The position numbers and the translations under genes were made by a program. Positions 1 through 12,384 of a stretch of 64,000 nt of DNA are shown one piece after another; positions within the stretch are counted from its first letter, which is position 1; the number at the start of each line of letters is the position of its first letter. The stretch is taken from assembly GCF_006345805.1 (NCBI RefSeq), contig NC_042999.1:36766001-36830000 (forward strand). The letters are read 5' to 3'. A model generated the notes under the pieces. The model was not told where the DNA came from, ran no database searches, and saw only the letters and a list, made by a program, of their open reading frames with translations. This stretch comes from Octopus sinensis (taxonomy: Eukaryota).

Positions 1-141
1 GGGGTTTCCTGGTATCTGAGTTAGGTAGCGATCAGCCTCTTTTGCTATCATTCCCAGGGCACCTATGACAACAGGTATTGTTTTAGTCTTCAGGTTCCAC
101 GTTTTGCTGATTTCTATTTCAAGATCTTTATATTTGCTCAG

Positions 142-146
<5 letters not shown>
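1..146 (-). mobile_element. Dong/R4-like fragment, second subfamily (continues beyond window start)
   Basis: Minus strand encodes KLSKYKDLEIEISKTWNLKTKTIPVVIGALGMIAKEADRYLTQIPGNP; abuts (ATT)n. Confidence 0.8.
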
Positions 147-214
<68 letters not shown>

Positions 215-239
215 CATTATTATCTCATTAGCACAGGTT

Positions 240-443
240 TTGTTAGAGCTCCTGGAGTCTTGCATGCATAGCGGGCTTACTACCTGCAGCCTATGGTACC
301 ATGCTAGTCGTTCTTTTCAGCTACCTAACACTTTCCTGGTTGTTCTGGCTGTACCAAGGAGGCAAACCTCTTGTAACAGTTCTACTGGGCACTCTATTCC
401 AATTTCCTTTATATTCTTCTTGATGCCTTCTGATACTGTTCCC

Positions 444-449
<6 letters not shown>
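240..449 (-). mobile_element. Dong/R4-like 3' fragment, third subfamily
   Basis: Minus strand TLGTVSEGIKKNIKEIGIECPVELLQEVCLLGTARTTRKVLGS*, homologous to the RLE C-terminus; between (ATT)n tracts. Confidence 0.65.
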
Positions 450-479
<30 letters not shown>

Positions 480-481
<2 letters not shown>

Positions 482-747
482 GTTTTTTTCCTTCTTTCTT
501 CAAATTTCTTCCGTTTCTCGCCGAATGTTTTCCATACACCTAAGGCGGAGAAGCTCATTGTATGCATTCCCAGATTACACATGCAAATTCACAGATAAAA
601 TATGTATTTAAAAATTAATAAATAAATAAATTCATGGATGGATGTTGTTTTCACAGCGATAATGCTCTTCTCAGTACATGAGTCGTTCCAGTTAATACGA
701 TTTTTTGCACTTCCTGTAGGGATGGTAAGCCTGGAATCATTTTCAAA

Positions 748-786
<39 letters not shown>

Positions 787-1330
787 TATTAATATTATTT
801 TTTTTCTTCTTCTTCTTCTTCCTCTTATTATTATTATTATTATCATCATCATCATCATAAAAGAAATCATTATTATTATTATTATTATGATTATTGTTAT
901 TGTTATTATTTTCATTAGCATCTTCTTTCAATTGTTTCCATTTCTTGCTGAGTGTCTTCCTGACACCTAGGGCAGAGAGACTACTGTATACATTGGTAGG
1001 CCATTAAAACAAGTACACCAGATTGTTCATTTGCAGAGTCACAGAGTCATGTGATAGAGAAAAAGGAGAAGACAGAGAGAAAAATGAAAAAAATAAAAAA
1101 TAGAAAAGTAAACAAATAAAATAAAGGGGAAAAAAGGAAAGAAAATCTTCTCAATATGTGCGACATACCAGTTAAGACAATCTTTTGCACTTTCTGCATA
1201 GATGGTAAGCCAGGGATCATTCTTAAATAATTTTCGGTTCTTTTTTTGATCATTCCAAGTGCTCCTACAATCACTGATATTGTAACCGTCTTGAGATGCT
1301 ACATCTTTTCAATTTCTATTAGCAGATCTT
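480..1330 (-). mobile_element. Two further Dong/R4-like 3' fragments (about 480-750 and 910-1330), fourth subfamily
   Basis: MIPGLPSLQEVQKIVLTGTTHVLRRALSL and IVGALGMIKKRTENYLRMIPGLPSMQKVQKIVLTGMSHILRR; separated by (ATT)n/(CTT)n/(ATC)n. Confidence 0.7.
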
Positions 1331-1345
1331 TATATTTTCTGAGCT

Positions 1346-1384
<39 letters not shown>

Positions 1385-1389
<5 letters not shown>

Positions 1390-1738
1390 TAGTTTTATTT
1401 TTATAGCGTGCTTTCACTTCACTACCGAGCGCAGCTCTGTGTGCCTTGGGTATGTGCTGTGATTTGTTGTGATGCTCTGATGGTTACTGTATTGAAAGTG
1501 TTTCACATAGGATGTGTGCAGTGCCCAGTAGTGCAATTTTCTGTATGTTATATGTGTTTGTAAGTCCTGTTGTTTTTGTTATGTATTTGTCTGAATATTT
1601 TTTTATCATACCTCATGCGCCTACTATGATAGGAATTGTTTCTGTTTTTAGATTCCACATTTGAGTTACCTATATTTCCAGGTCTTTATATTTTGAAAGT
1701 TTCTCCATTTCTTTTAGAGACACGTTGTCATCTGCTTA
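1385..1738 (-). mobile_element. Short 5'-truncated copy of the same Dong/R4 family (RLE tail plus 3' UTR)
   Basis: Closely matches 2178-2530, including the 3' UTR AGTAGTTTTATTTTTATAGCGTGCTTTCACTTCACTACCGAGCGCAGC; (ATT)n on both sides. Confidence 0.88.
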
Positions 1739-1954
1739 TTATTATTATTATTATTGTTGTTGTTGTTGTTATTATTGTTATTATTATTATTATTCTATGT
1801 TTGACTTTTGCTTTATATTTGTACAAGTTGGCTCCAAGTCTCACTCAGAGACCTCAAGAAACAACAGGTTGGAAGTTCGTGATGTTGTTATGCCTAGTGT
1901 GCCATATATTTGGTTTTGTATTTAGTGTTGTACTAGTGAATGTAAAAAAAAAAA

Positions 1955-2112
1955 AACGAATATTATGTTTGTTTTAAAACTTGAGATTACATAGAAAGTA
2001 TTTTGCATAAGATATGAGCAGTTCCCATGAGCACTATCTTTTGAATTTCTGCCATTTTGGGGTTTCCTGGTATCTGAGTTAGGTAGCGATCAGCCCCTTT
2101 TGCTATCATTCC

Positions 2113-2115
<3 letters not shown>
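1955..2115 (-). mobile_element. Dong/R4-like 3' fragment, same subfamily as 1-146
   Basis: GMIAKGADRYLTQIPGNPKMAEIQKIVLMGTAHILCKILSM; 2058-2114 nearly identical to 1-55; abuts (ATT)n. Confidence 0.8.
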
Positions 2116-2182
<67 letters not shown>

Positions 2183-2276
2183 TAGTTTTATTTTTATAGC
2201 GTGCTTTCACTTCACTACCGAGCGCAGCTCTGTGTGCCTTGGGTATGTGCTGTGATTTGTTGTGATGCTCTGATGG

Positions 2277-3576
2277 TTATTGTATGGAAAGTGTTCTGCG
2301 TAGGATGTGTGCAGTGCCTAGTAGTGCAATTTTCTGTATGTTATATGTGTTTGTAAGTCCTGGTGTTTTTTTTATGTATTTGTCTGAATATTTTTTTATC
2401 ATGCCTAATGCACCTACTATGATAGGAATTGTTTCTGTTTTCAGATTCCACATTCTAGTTATCTCTATTTCCAGGTCTTTGTATTTTGAGAGTTTCTCCA
2501 TTTCTTTTAGAGACACGTTGTCATCAGCCGGTATTGATACATCAATTAGAAAGCATTTTTTTTCTTCGTGATCTCTGACAACTATATCTGGTCTGTTGGC
2601 CTTATTTCTCTATCTGTGTGTATCGGCATATCCAGAGTATGGTTGCTTTCTCGTTTTCTGTGACCTTTTCTGGTGTGTGCCTATACCATCTTTTTTCTGT
2701 TGTTATTCCATAATGTTGGCATAGCTTCCAATGTATGTAGGTTCCAACTCTGTCATGTCTGTGAATATATTCCTTCTTAGCCAGGACTGGGCAGCTAGAG
2801 ATAATATGATTTATTGTTTCTTGTCCATCTCCACATATTCTGCAGTTACTTGTAATATTTCTTTTCATTACATGTTTTTGGTAATTTCTGGTGGGGAGGC
2901 TTTGGTCTTGTGCTGCAATTAAAAATCCCTCTGTTTCTGCTTTGAGTCCTGAGCTTCTCAACCATTGCTGGGATTTTTCTTTGTCTATTTCTTTTGCGTT
3001 TAGTTTAGTGCAGTATTTACCATGAAGGGGCTTTTCTTGCCATTGTTTTATCATGGATCGTTGCTGTTCTATTCTTAGTTTGGATTCCATTTGTTTTATA
3101 GCTTTTGTTGTTTCTTCATCTTCTTCTTCTTCTTCATGTTTATTAGGTGGTATGATTTCTTGTTTGTATTTGTCAGCTTCCTTAAATACTGAGAACAGTT
3201 TTTTGTTTTGCTCGTGTTTTGCTGCTATCTGGATCAGTTTTCCTTCCTTCTGAAGTAGGTATTTTTGAAGACCTATGGTGGTTATTTTATAGTAGTTTTC
3301 CAGCTGTATAAGGCCTCTACCACCTTCTATACGTTGTATATATAGTCTTTCTATGTCAGATTTTGGGTGATGCATCCTAGATCCTGTCATTATTTTTCTT
3401 GTTTTCCTATCTATTTTGGACAGTTCATTTCGTGTCCAGTTAAGGATATTGTAGCTGTAACTTATAACTGGGACAGCTAAAGTGTTGATGCCTATTATCT
3501 TGTTTTTAGCATTGAGCTCTGTTTTTAGTATTGATCTAACTCGTCTATAATATTCTTTTTTTATTTTCTCTTTCAT
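2277..3576 (-). CDS. Thumb, zinc knuckle and RLE endonuclease segment of the Dong/R4 element (frameshifted near 2600-2635)
   Basis: ORFs 2602-3576 and 2277-2516; restoring two single bases gives ILWDMPIHTDREIKANRPDIVVRDHEEKKCFLIDVSIPADDNVSLKEMEKLSKYKDLE. Confidence 0.82.
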
Positions 3577-4481
3577 TGTGTGTGTTGTGTCTTATCTAGT
3601 TCATGGATTCCTAAGTATTTGTAAGTTTGGCTTTGGTCTAATTCTTTTATTTCATTGGTTTTATCTAGTGTGATGTTGTTACTCTTAACTAGTTTTCCTC
3701 TTTTCATGGTTACTTTGGCGCATTTTTCTAATCCAAATTTCATATCTATTTCTTTGGTAAATCCATGAACTGTCTTTAATAGTGTTTCCAGCTGTTTGTC
3801 ATTTGCAGCGTATAGTTTTAGGTCATCCATATATAAAAGGTGGCTGATCGTTTTGCCGTAACATTTATATCCGCATCCAGTTCTATTTAGCATATCAGAT
3901 AGAGGTGACAGTGCCAAGCAGAAAAGGACTGGAGAGAGCGTGTCTCCCTGGAATATTCCTCTTCTAATGGGGATGTCTTTGGTTTTCATGAGTCCCTCTT
4001 TTGTTTGGAGGTGTAGGACTGTTTGCCATTTATTCATAGAGTGCTCTATGAATTTTATGATTGTTGGTGCTACTTTGTTAATGGCTAGTGTTTCGAGGAT
4101 CCATGTGTGGGGGATGCTATCAAACGCCTTTTTGTAGTCAATCCAGGCCATACTGAGGCCTTTCTTCTTTCTGTGGCTGTCTTCAGGTAAGGCTTTATTA
4201 ATCATTAGTTGATCTTTACAGCCATATGAGCCCTTGCGGCATCCTTTCTGCTCTTCTGGGAACAGTTTGTTTTCGTCCAGGTGCTTGTTCAGCCTTTGCG
4301 ATATCACTGCAGTAAATGCCTTGAACATAGTAGGGAGGCAGGTTATTGGTCTGTAGTTTTCTGGTTTTGTTGTTTCATTTGATTTGGGAATTAAGATGGT
4401 TTTCCCCTTCGTGAGCCATTCAGGCATTGTCTCTGGCTCTGCTAGTATGCTGTTAAAGTTTTCAGCCAGCTTTTTGTGCAT
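3573..4481 (-). CDS. Reverse transcriptase domain segment of the Dong/R4 element
   Basis: ORF track 302 aa with RT motifs including QGD and YMDD; joins the next ORF via a 1-nt shortfall in an A-run (CAATGAAA). Confidence 0.85.
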   Translation of the reverse strand: MHKKLAENFNSILAEPETMPEWLTKGKTILIPKSNETTKPENYRPITCLPTMFKAFTAVISQRLNKHLDENKLFPEEQKGCRKGSYGCKDQLMINKALPEDSHRKKKGLSMAWIDYKKAFDSIPHTWILETLAINKVAPTIIKFIEHSMNKWQTVLHLQTKEGLMKTKDIPIRRGIFQGDTLSPVLFCLALSPLSDMLNRTGCGYKCYGKTISHLLYMDDLKLYAANDKQLETLLKTVHGFTKEIDMKFGLEKCAKVTMKRGKLVKSNNITLDKTNEIKELDQSQTYKYLGIHELDKTQHTQ

Positions 4482-4494
4482 TCCTTTGTTATTA

Positions 4495-4550
<56 letters not shown>

Positions 4551-4561
4551 TTATTATTATT

Positions 4562-4960
4562 TATGTCTGACAGATATATAAAGAAACTTAAAGCCCTCCA
4601 CATGTACTGTTTGCACAACATATGCAACATAAAATGGGAAAATAAGATATCCAATACCAAAATCTTAGAAAAGTGTGATATCTCCAGTAATCAAAGCCTG
4701 CTGATGAGAATTCGGTGCGAATGTGTAGGATATGTTGTTTGAATGAAAAATGACCACATTCTGTTGTATGGCCAAAAAGTGGAGGGATATCCTAGCAAAG
4801 GAAGACCCCTCTTTAGGAATAAGGATACGTTGAAGCAATCACTAAAATCTCTGCAGCTTAACCTGACATCTTGAGAAAATTATTGCCTAGATTGATCTGC
4901 ATGGTGTAAAATGTGTAACAATGCATGCAAACAATTTGAGTTGGAGAAAGAGAAAAATAG
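4562..4960 (+). mobile_element. Decayed RTE-clade LINE, C-terminal RT region
   Basis: LHMYCLHNICNIKWENKISNTKILEKCDISSNQSLLM followed by degenerate GRP..KD..K..LK segment. Confidence 0.7.
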
Positions 4961-4968
4961 AAGAACTA

Positions 4969-5387
4969 GGAGTGGCTATGTGGTAAGTAGCTTGCTAACC
5001 AACCACATGGTTCCGGGTTCAGTCCCACTGCGTGGCATCTTGGGCAAGTGTCTTCTGCTATAGCCCCGGGCCGACCAATGCCTTGTGAGTGGATTTGGTA
5101 GACGGAAACTGAAAGAAGCCCATCGTATATATGTATATATATGTATATATGTATGTGTGTGTATGTGTTTGTGTGTCTGTGTTTGTTTCCCTATCATTGC
5201 TTGACAACCGATGCTGGTGTGTTTACGTCCCCGTCACTTAGTGGTTTGATAAAAGAGACCGATAGAGTAAGTACTGGGCTTACAAAGAATAAGTCCCGGG
5301 GTCAATTTGCTCGACTAAAGGCGGTGCTCCAGCATGGTCACAGTCAAATGACTGAAACATGTAAAAGAGTAAAAGAGAGTAAAAGAG
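4969..5387 (+). mobile_element. SINE family A (about 400 bp, tRNA-like head, internal (TA/TG)n, GTAAAAGA tail)
   Basis: Head GGAGTGGCT.TGTGGTAAG..GGTTCAGTCCCACTG; many near-identical copies in window. Confidence 0.9.
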
Positions 5388-5639
5388 TATATCCTGCAAC
5401 CAACAGGCACACTTGCCCAATCCCAGGTAAAATGAAAATCATCACTGTCCCCATTGCGACTTCATAGTAAAAAATCCATACCTGAACTGAAATTACATTC
5501 GTGCATCCATTGCAAATCAATGCAGCTCTTGGGGATTTTTTTTTCCTTTCTTTCTTTTACTCTCTTTAACTTTAGGTATTCCCCTTCAAAGATTCATACA
5601 TTGAAACCAACTAACAAGAGTGGCCATCATTCTTCTTCT

Positions 5640-5691
5640 TACCATCATGATCCTCCTCCTCATCATCATCGTCATCATCATTACTATCAAC

Positions 5692-5722
<31 letters not shown>

Positions 5723-5908
5723 TCTTTTTTCCTCTTCATTTCTTTTCTCCATTTTTTTCTCCTCCTCATCATCATCATTACTATCAACAGTAGTAGTAGT
5801 AGTAGTTGTAGTAGTAGTAGTAGTAGTAGCAGTAGTAGTAGTAGTAGTATCTTTTTTCCTCTTCATTTCTTTTCTCCATTTTTTCTCCTCCTCATCATTA
5901 CTATCAAC

Positions 5909-5961
<53 letters not shown>

Positions 5962-5998
5962 CAGCAGCAGCAGCAGCAGCAGAAGTAGCAGCATTCAT
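5640..5998. repeat. Compound microsatellite unit duplicated about 2.5 times
   Basis: (CAT)n-TACTATCAACAG-(TAG)n-TATCTTTTTTCCTCTTCATTTC.. repeated. Confidence 0.8.
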
Positions 5999-6289
5999 GA
6001 TTATACCTCACTACCATTGCAATCTGTGGCCTTATTTTATGGTGATATAAGGAATTAAAATAATGATTTGTTTCGTATTATTGCTTGGCTCTATGTCAGT
6101 ACTCATCCATGATCAAAAGCGGACCGACCATTACCATTCAGTCTCTTTTTCATTTTCTCAGGCATAATATACCTAGGACTACATTTCCAAATTGTCTCCT
6201 TCTTTCTTCAAAGACAACAGAATCTGATATGAAGGAGATTTTTTTATGGCTGTGTCCAGCTTGTTTCTTTGCTGATATTTTTATGTGTG

Positions 6290-6328
<39 letters not shown>

Positions 6329-6796
6329 TGTGTGTGCGCACGCACTTGTGCATGTGCATGTGTGCATAAATTGTATCAATTAATTGTTTGACATCAGAGT
6401 GTTTAACACATTGAGAATGTCTATGTATACAGTTTGACACCCCAATTTTGTTTCCTCTTCTTAATAATATATATATTTCTTAATAATGTATTATTTTTAA
6501 TAATAATATGTAATTTTTAAAACCTGTTAATTATTTCATCAGCCTCTTTTGCCAAACTACTAATTTACCAAGATGTAAGCATGCTTACACCAATTGTCAA
6601 GCAGTGGTAGGGGACAGATACAGGCACAAAGATACATACACACAAATATATATATATATATATATATACATACATCACGTGATCACGTGACCGACCAGAC
6701 CATCAGATGTTGTTACACATCGCTGGGCACAATGCGTTCGCATTGTTTTAGCCTTCGAATGACGCCACCCCGCTGGCTAAGCGAGCAGACCAATAT

Positions 6797-6850
<54 letters not shown>

Positions 6851-7186
6851 GATGGGCTTCTTTCAGTTTCGGTCTACCAAATCCACCCACAAGGCTTTTG
6901 TCTGAGGTTATAGTAGAAGACACTTGCCCAAGGTGCCACACAGTGGGACTGAACCCAGGACTATGTGGTTGGTAAGCAAGCTACTTATCACACAGCCTGT
7001 GTATGTGTATATATATATATATATATATATAAATTTAATCGGAGGATATGTTAACCTCATGAAGGGATGGTTGCATCCAAGAAAATACATGGATGAGTAC
7101 TGACATAGAGCCAAGCAATAATTGTTGGGGAAAATACTAGTATTGCTGGGAAATGAAATTCTTTTAAAACAATAGGTATGAATTAA

Positions 7187-7407
7187 CCCTTTCATTACTG
7201 TATTTATTTTGAGATGCTGTGTGTTTCTCTCAATTACTTTAAATATAACAAAGAATTTAATAAAATAACTTGGTTATCATTCAGCTAGTGTTAGGAACAT
7301 TCATTATAACTAATGTTTGATGGAAGATTTTAATTCAAAACTTATGAAAACAAGACATTTGTACTACAGAACCAGAGGCGGTTTCAGCCGGGTTGGTAAC
7401 AAAGGGG
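7187..7407. mobile_element. piggyBac-type MITE
   Basis: TTAA at 7183-7186 and 7408-7411; ends CCCTTTCATTAC..GTAACAAAGGGG; second copy at 34074. Confidence 0.85.
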
Positions 7408-7418
7408 TTAAGCACTTA

Positions 7419-7772
7419 GTTTATATCCAGTTAAATGAAAGAATGAAAATAGAGATGAGGAAGTTAACAATTATTTATTATTAACAAAATGGTCATCTTT
7501 GCTTCTTACAGTTGTTTCAATTTATACAGTCTGCCGAAATGAATTGTTAGGTCCACATATAACATCAAAAGGTACATCTCTTTTTTTTTTTACTCTGATG
7601 AAATCATGTTCATTTCACATAAATGTAATTTTAATATACAAACTTGTAATTAAATTATTGAATATAAATTGAAACAACGGTAAGAAGCAAAGATGACCAA
7701 TTTGTTAATAATAAATAATTGTTAACTTCCTTATCTCCATTTTCTTTTCTCTTTTTTTAACTGGATGTAAAC
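7419..7772. repeat. Fold-back element, about 108-bp arms
   Basis: 7419-7526 versus 7663-7772 inverted, core 80 bp with about 4 mismatches; (TA)n follows. Confidence 0.85.
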
Positions 7773-8588
7773 TATATATATATATATATATTTTTATATA
7801 TTTATATATATATATATATATGTATGTATAATCATTGACCAACATAAAAAAAATCTACAATATGATCTTGATTGGTTGATATTCATTATCAACATAAAAT
7901 TAGTAGCCTAAATAAAAAAGTTTCCAAATTTGTTAACTTACAATAATAGAAACCGAGTTACTGAATAGATTTGTATAATAATAAATTAAACATAAACTGA
8001 GAAAGAGTCTCATAATACCTTCCATTTTCCTGTTGATAACAAATAATATCTATCAGGATTATGCTACAGATTTTCTTCTGTGAAATGCAATGTTCATGAG
8101 CTAAATTATTGAACAGTTAAAAAGCCTACGTTTTAATACCTACATAAATAAATAGTCCATGTTTCTGTAAAGAAACCTACACATCACACTATACAAGGTA
8201 AACATTATGTCATGTCCATTCTCAGACAGTTCTATACGTCAAGTGACTGCATTATGGGCAGGTCTAACCAGATAGTCAATTGAAGATATATATTTCAATG
8301 TCTGAAACTGTCCTCTATGATCTTAGAAATCTTACACAATCACTGACAGGTATAGCCATGTGATTAAGAAGTTTGTTTCACAGCTACATGATTCCAGGTT
8401 CAGTCTGGTCTCACAGCATGGCGCCTTAAGCAAGCATTGCCTCTTGTAGAAATATTGTAGGAATTTGCTTGAAAATTTACTAAAAATTGCTTATGGCTGT
8501 TTCATTCCTCATAAATTTAATAGTTTAATAACAGAGATGCATTTGCATAGTAATTGCTTTGATCTGAGTGTGTGCTGAAACTAAAGCA

Positions 8589-8864
8589 ATTGCAGCATGG
8601 AAGATGTACGTTAGCTATTCAGTAACACACTGAAACCAACTTCACTTCAATTCTTATTTGTTTGTTGCCAACATTTGCGTTGCTCAAAAGTACAACCTGT
8701 TCAGTGACAAAAGATGGTGTTGTATCACATTCGTTTATCAGTGAATAGGTTGCAGTTTCAAGCAACAAAAATTTTCACGCTGTATAACAAATGACTGTTT
8801 ATGTGAAGTTGACAGTCTTTGTGTGTTTCTGAGTGGCTATAACTGGTGTTTTCCATGCTGCAAT
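8589..8864. mobile_element. Putative MITE with 14-bp TIRs
   Basis: ATTGCAGCATGGAA / TTCCATGCTGCAAT; the left end recurs near 54862; no clear TSD. Confidence 0.45.
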
Positions 8865-10013
8865 CATTTAGTAGTTAACTTTGCCAATTAGTAATAAATC
8901 TTTTGACATAGTTTTGAAATAGTTCCATTTTTTAAAGTTATTTTTTCAGGTAGTATTACATAAGTACAGAAACAATATAAGTGTCATATATATATATTAA
9001 CTTTGACTTTAATTGGTTTGTCAATTTGATTTCGAAAGGTGTTCTTTTTCAGAAAAAGTATCTCATGCCAATTGAGTTCTATGGTTGACAATAACCTAAT
9101 TATTGTTTTAAGTTTATAGTTTATATTGTAATGTAGTTACTTGTTGCCAATTATTGTGGTATCACCACTATTTATGACGATACCTGTTTACACTATAACC
9201 ATGTAGTGACAATAAAATATATAATGAAGCAGGGTAACAACAAACATAACAATCCAACAAACTCTCCAAGAACTACACATGAACCAACAAACGATATTCC
9301 ATCAAACTACCAAAACGACACCTCACAACTTCCTGGGATTAACACCTACTCTCTCTGTCTCACTCACTCAGACCGATTCTATTTATAGTCGTTCAGGAAA
9401 GTCTATTCTCACAGGGGGTGTCATGACTCTTGCCACAACAGTTTATAACTGCACTAACACATAAGGCATGGTTTATATCAAGATATATCAAGATAACTTC
9501 ATCTCTTTAGCATTTAATTCAACCATCTTCGACCCAAATATTCTACCTGTTTTATGTTGAAACTAACCAGATCCAGCATCTCATACCTACTCTACAATGT
9601 CATTCTAAAAAGAAACAATCACATCATCAAAGTCTCCAAGCTATGAGATAATGCATGGTAAATACTAATTTAAGCATTACATTTAACAGAATAATCTGAA
9701 AGCTATAAAGGTTAAAGGTACATGTGAAGGTGCATGGCTCAGTGGTTAGAGTGTCAGGCTCACAATCATGAGGTAGTGAGTTTGATTCCCAGACTGGGCT
9801 GTGTGTTGTCTTCTTGAACAAGACACTTTATTTCATGTTGCTCCAGTTCATTCAGTTGTATTGACCTTTGCCTTTCTCTTGAGGCATAATTGAACCTATA
9901 AGAAAGTCCACAGCAAAAATTTTTGTCCATGATAAAAAAAAATTCTGTGAATGGGTTTCTTTAGGGTTAAAATATACCTCAAGCATATTTGAACTGCTAA
10001 CAAGTTTATATTT

Positions 10014-10418
10014 GGCTGTGTGGTAAGTAGCTTGCTAACCAACCACATGGTTCTGGGTTCAGTCTCACTGCATGGCATCTTGGGCAAGTGTCTTCTGCTA
10101 TAGCCCTAGGCCAACCAATGCCTTGTGAGTGGATTTGGTAGACGGAAACTGAAAGAAGCCTGTCATGTACATGTATATATATATATATAAGTGTGTGTGT
10201 ATATGTTTGTGTGTCTGTGTTTGTCCCCCTAGCATTGCTTGACAACCGATGCTGGTGTGTTTACGTCCCCGTAACTTAGCGGTTCGGCAAAAGAGACCGA
10301 TAGAATAAGTACTGGGCTTACAAAGAATAAGACCCGGGGTCGATTTGCTCGACTAAAGGTGGTGCTCCAGCATGGCCGCAGTCAAATGACTGAAACAAGT
10401 AAAAGAGTAAAAAGAGAG
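10014..10418 (+). mobile_element. SINE family A, full length
   Basis: Colinear with 4969-5387. Confidence 0.9.
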
Positions 10419-11329
10419 TATCATTGCTTAGCACTTTGATTTCATATTTTAGTAATTATATTGAATCATTTCATCATAGTATTATCGTATTGTATTGAAT
10501 GTCAAAGTAGTTTGTCTTTAAAACTGAGTACATTTATATTTAACACATTCGTTAACAGTGTGTCATGGAAAGGCCTTCACGGCAGAAACTACTTTGGAAG
10601 AGAAATTCTCTTTAAATGCAATGGTTGTGAAAACATATTGATCTGGGCTACGATGCCATCAGACTGTATGACACATGTTTGTACACTGTTCTGTTTCATC
10701 AGTTACAGACATCAAATCTGTCTTCCATACCCTACTAAGAATTATTATTCTTATATGTAAACAGCATTCCAGCTTGTACATACCAGCTCTACACATACCA
10801 GCAAACTTATTATTTGCCAGCATGGAAGTTGGACATTAAATGATGATGATGATGATGATGATGATGAATATGACAATTAAACAAACTCACATTCTTGAAG
10901 AAATGACCAAAAACTGGCTTCAGTGAATTAGCAGAATCATTAGAGATTTAGATGAAATGCCTTGCAAAATTTATTCTAGAAGTTTACATTCAGAATTAAA
11001 ATACCATTTAGGTTAACTTTTACCTTTCATTCTTCTTGGGAGGAGATGCTTTGTAGTATGTGTTCCAATTCTTTATTGTTTTAAGCTCAAATCCTGCAGA
11101 GGTCAACTTTGTTTTTCATTTTTCTAGAGCTGATAAATAAAGTGCCAGTTTATTTGTGGTATACTGTAGGAAACATCAGAGCATTAGGGGAAATGATACC
11201 TTGTGGTTATTTCTTCCAATTCTTTGTGTTTTGATCTCAAGTCCCACTGAGGTTGGGATGTAATCTTTCAATCTTCCCAGGCTAATATAAAAAGTGCCAG
11301 TCTATGGTGGTAAACAAGGTCAGGTCAAG

Positions 11330-11660
11330 TCAAGGATCTCATCACAAACTGATGAGACCTGCTACTGATGAGACCACATAAGCCAGTAATACCTGTTCCA
11401 TGGTTAGGTGGTCAGTGACTAAACCAGCTCCCCCGCTTAAGTAGCATGCTACTCATACAAGGAGGGTGTCTGGATACCCAGCAGAATCAAAAACAAGATC
11501 TGTTGAAGACTGGGTGAGCTCCTTGTGGGCTAGTGACCATCCATTTGAGGAAGGTAATGGCAAACCACCCCAATGTTTCTGCCAGAGAAGCACTATGATA
11601 AACTCAAAACAAAGAAATACTGTGGCTTCGTCAGATAGGAGAATTCAGACCTAATTGAGA
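11330..11660 (+). mobile_element. RTE-related non-coding fragment
   Basis: Ends GAGGAAGGTAATGGCAAACCAC, resembling RTE/BovB-type 3' tails. Confidence 0.4.
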
Positions 11661-12127
11661 AGGCTTGTTGTATGTCATCAACACACTGTAAAAGTGTATG
11701 ATACATGACAATGGCAAACTGGAGGAAATGTGAGAATGTCTGAGGAGGGAATACCTATTTCTTTATTGGAGGAGGGAATACCTTGTGGTATGTGGTCCAG
11801 TTCTTGGTGTTTTGAGTTGAAATCCTGCTGAGGTCAACTTTGCTTTCATCTATTTGGGGTTGAAAAATAGAGTAAGTTTAGGGCAGTGGACTTGGGAGGG
11901 AGGAACATTAAAACACCAGAAAAGATGCTTATGTGGTTAGCCATTCCAGCTTTTTGCATTCTGAATTGTAAAAAGGCAGAACAAAAAATGGCTTACTTGG
12001 GTGGAAGAGTTAATCCACCAGCCAGTTTAACACTATCAACGGGTCCTTGAATGTCATTAGACAAGTTAACTCTATTCTTTATCATCATCACCATCATCAT
12101 CATCATCGTCATCATCATCATCATCAT

Positions 12128-12201
<74 letters not shown>

Positions 12202-12384
12202 CCATCATTTAACATGTTTTCCATGCTGGTATGGGTTGGATGGCTTGACAGGAGCTCGTGAGCCAGAAGATGGTGCCAAGCTCCATGGTCTGCTTTAAAA
12301 AGTAGATCTGAATGTATTATACTGGATTATTTTATATTTTATATAAAATATAATATTTTATATTTTGTATTTTACCTCCTATCT

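Larger units (their letters stand above)
2178..4490 (-). mobile_element. R4/Dong-clade non-LTR retrotransposon (RT plus restriction-like endonuclease), 5'-truncated, with 3' UTR, embedded in (TAA)n
   Basis: RT motifs NYRPITCL, EQKG, WIDYKKAFDS, GIFQGDTLSP, LYMDDLKLY; CCHC knuckle CRICGDGQETINHIISSC..RHD; RLE motif RPDIVV..LIDVSIP recovered across a frameshift; C-terminal KYKDL..IIVGALG; (ATT)n on both sides. Confidence 0.92.

Noticed and set aside
7040-7090. Hammerhead-like CTCATGA..GGATG/CATCC..GAAA
   Set aside because: Core G5 is missing and no stem I or stem III pairing could be found
10461-10760. Possible zinc-finger exon (CHGKAFT in an alternate frame)
   Set aside because: No C2H2 spacing and early stops
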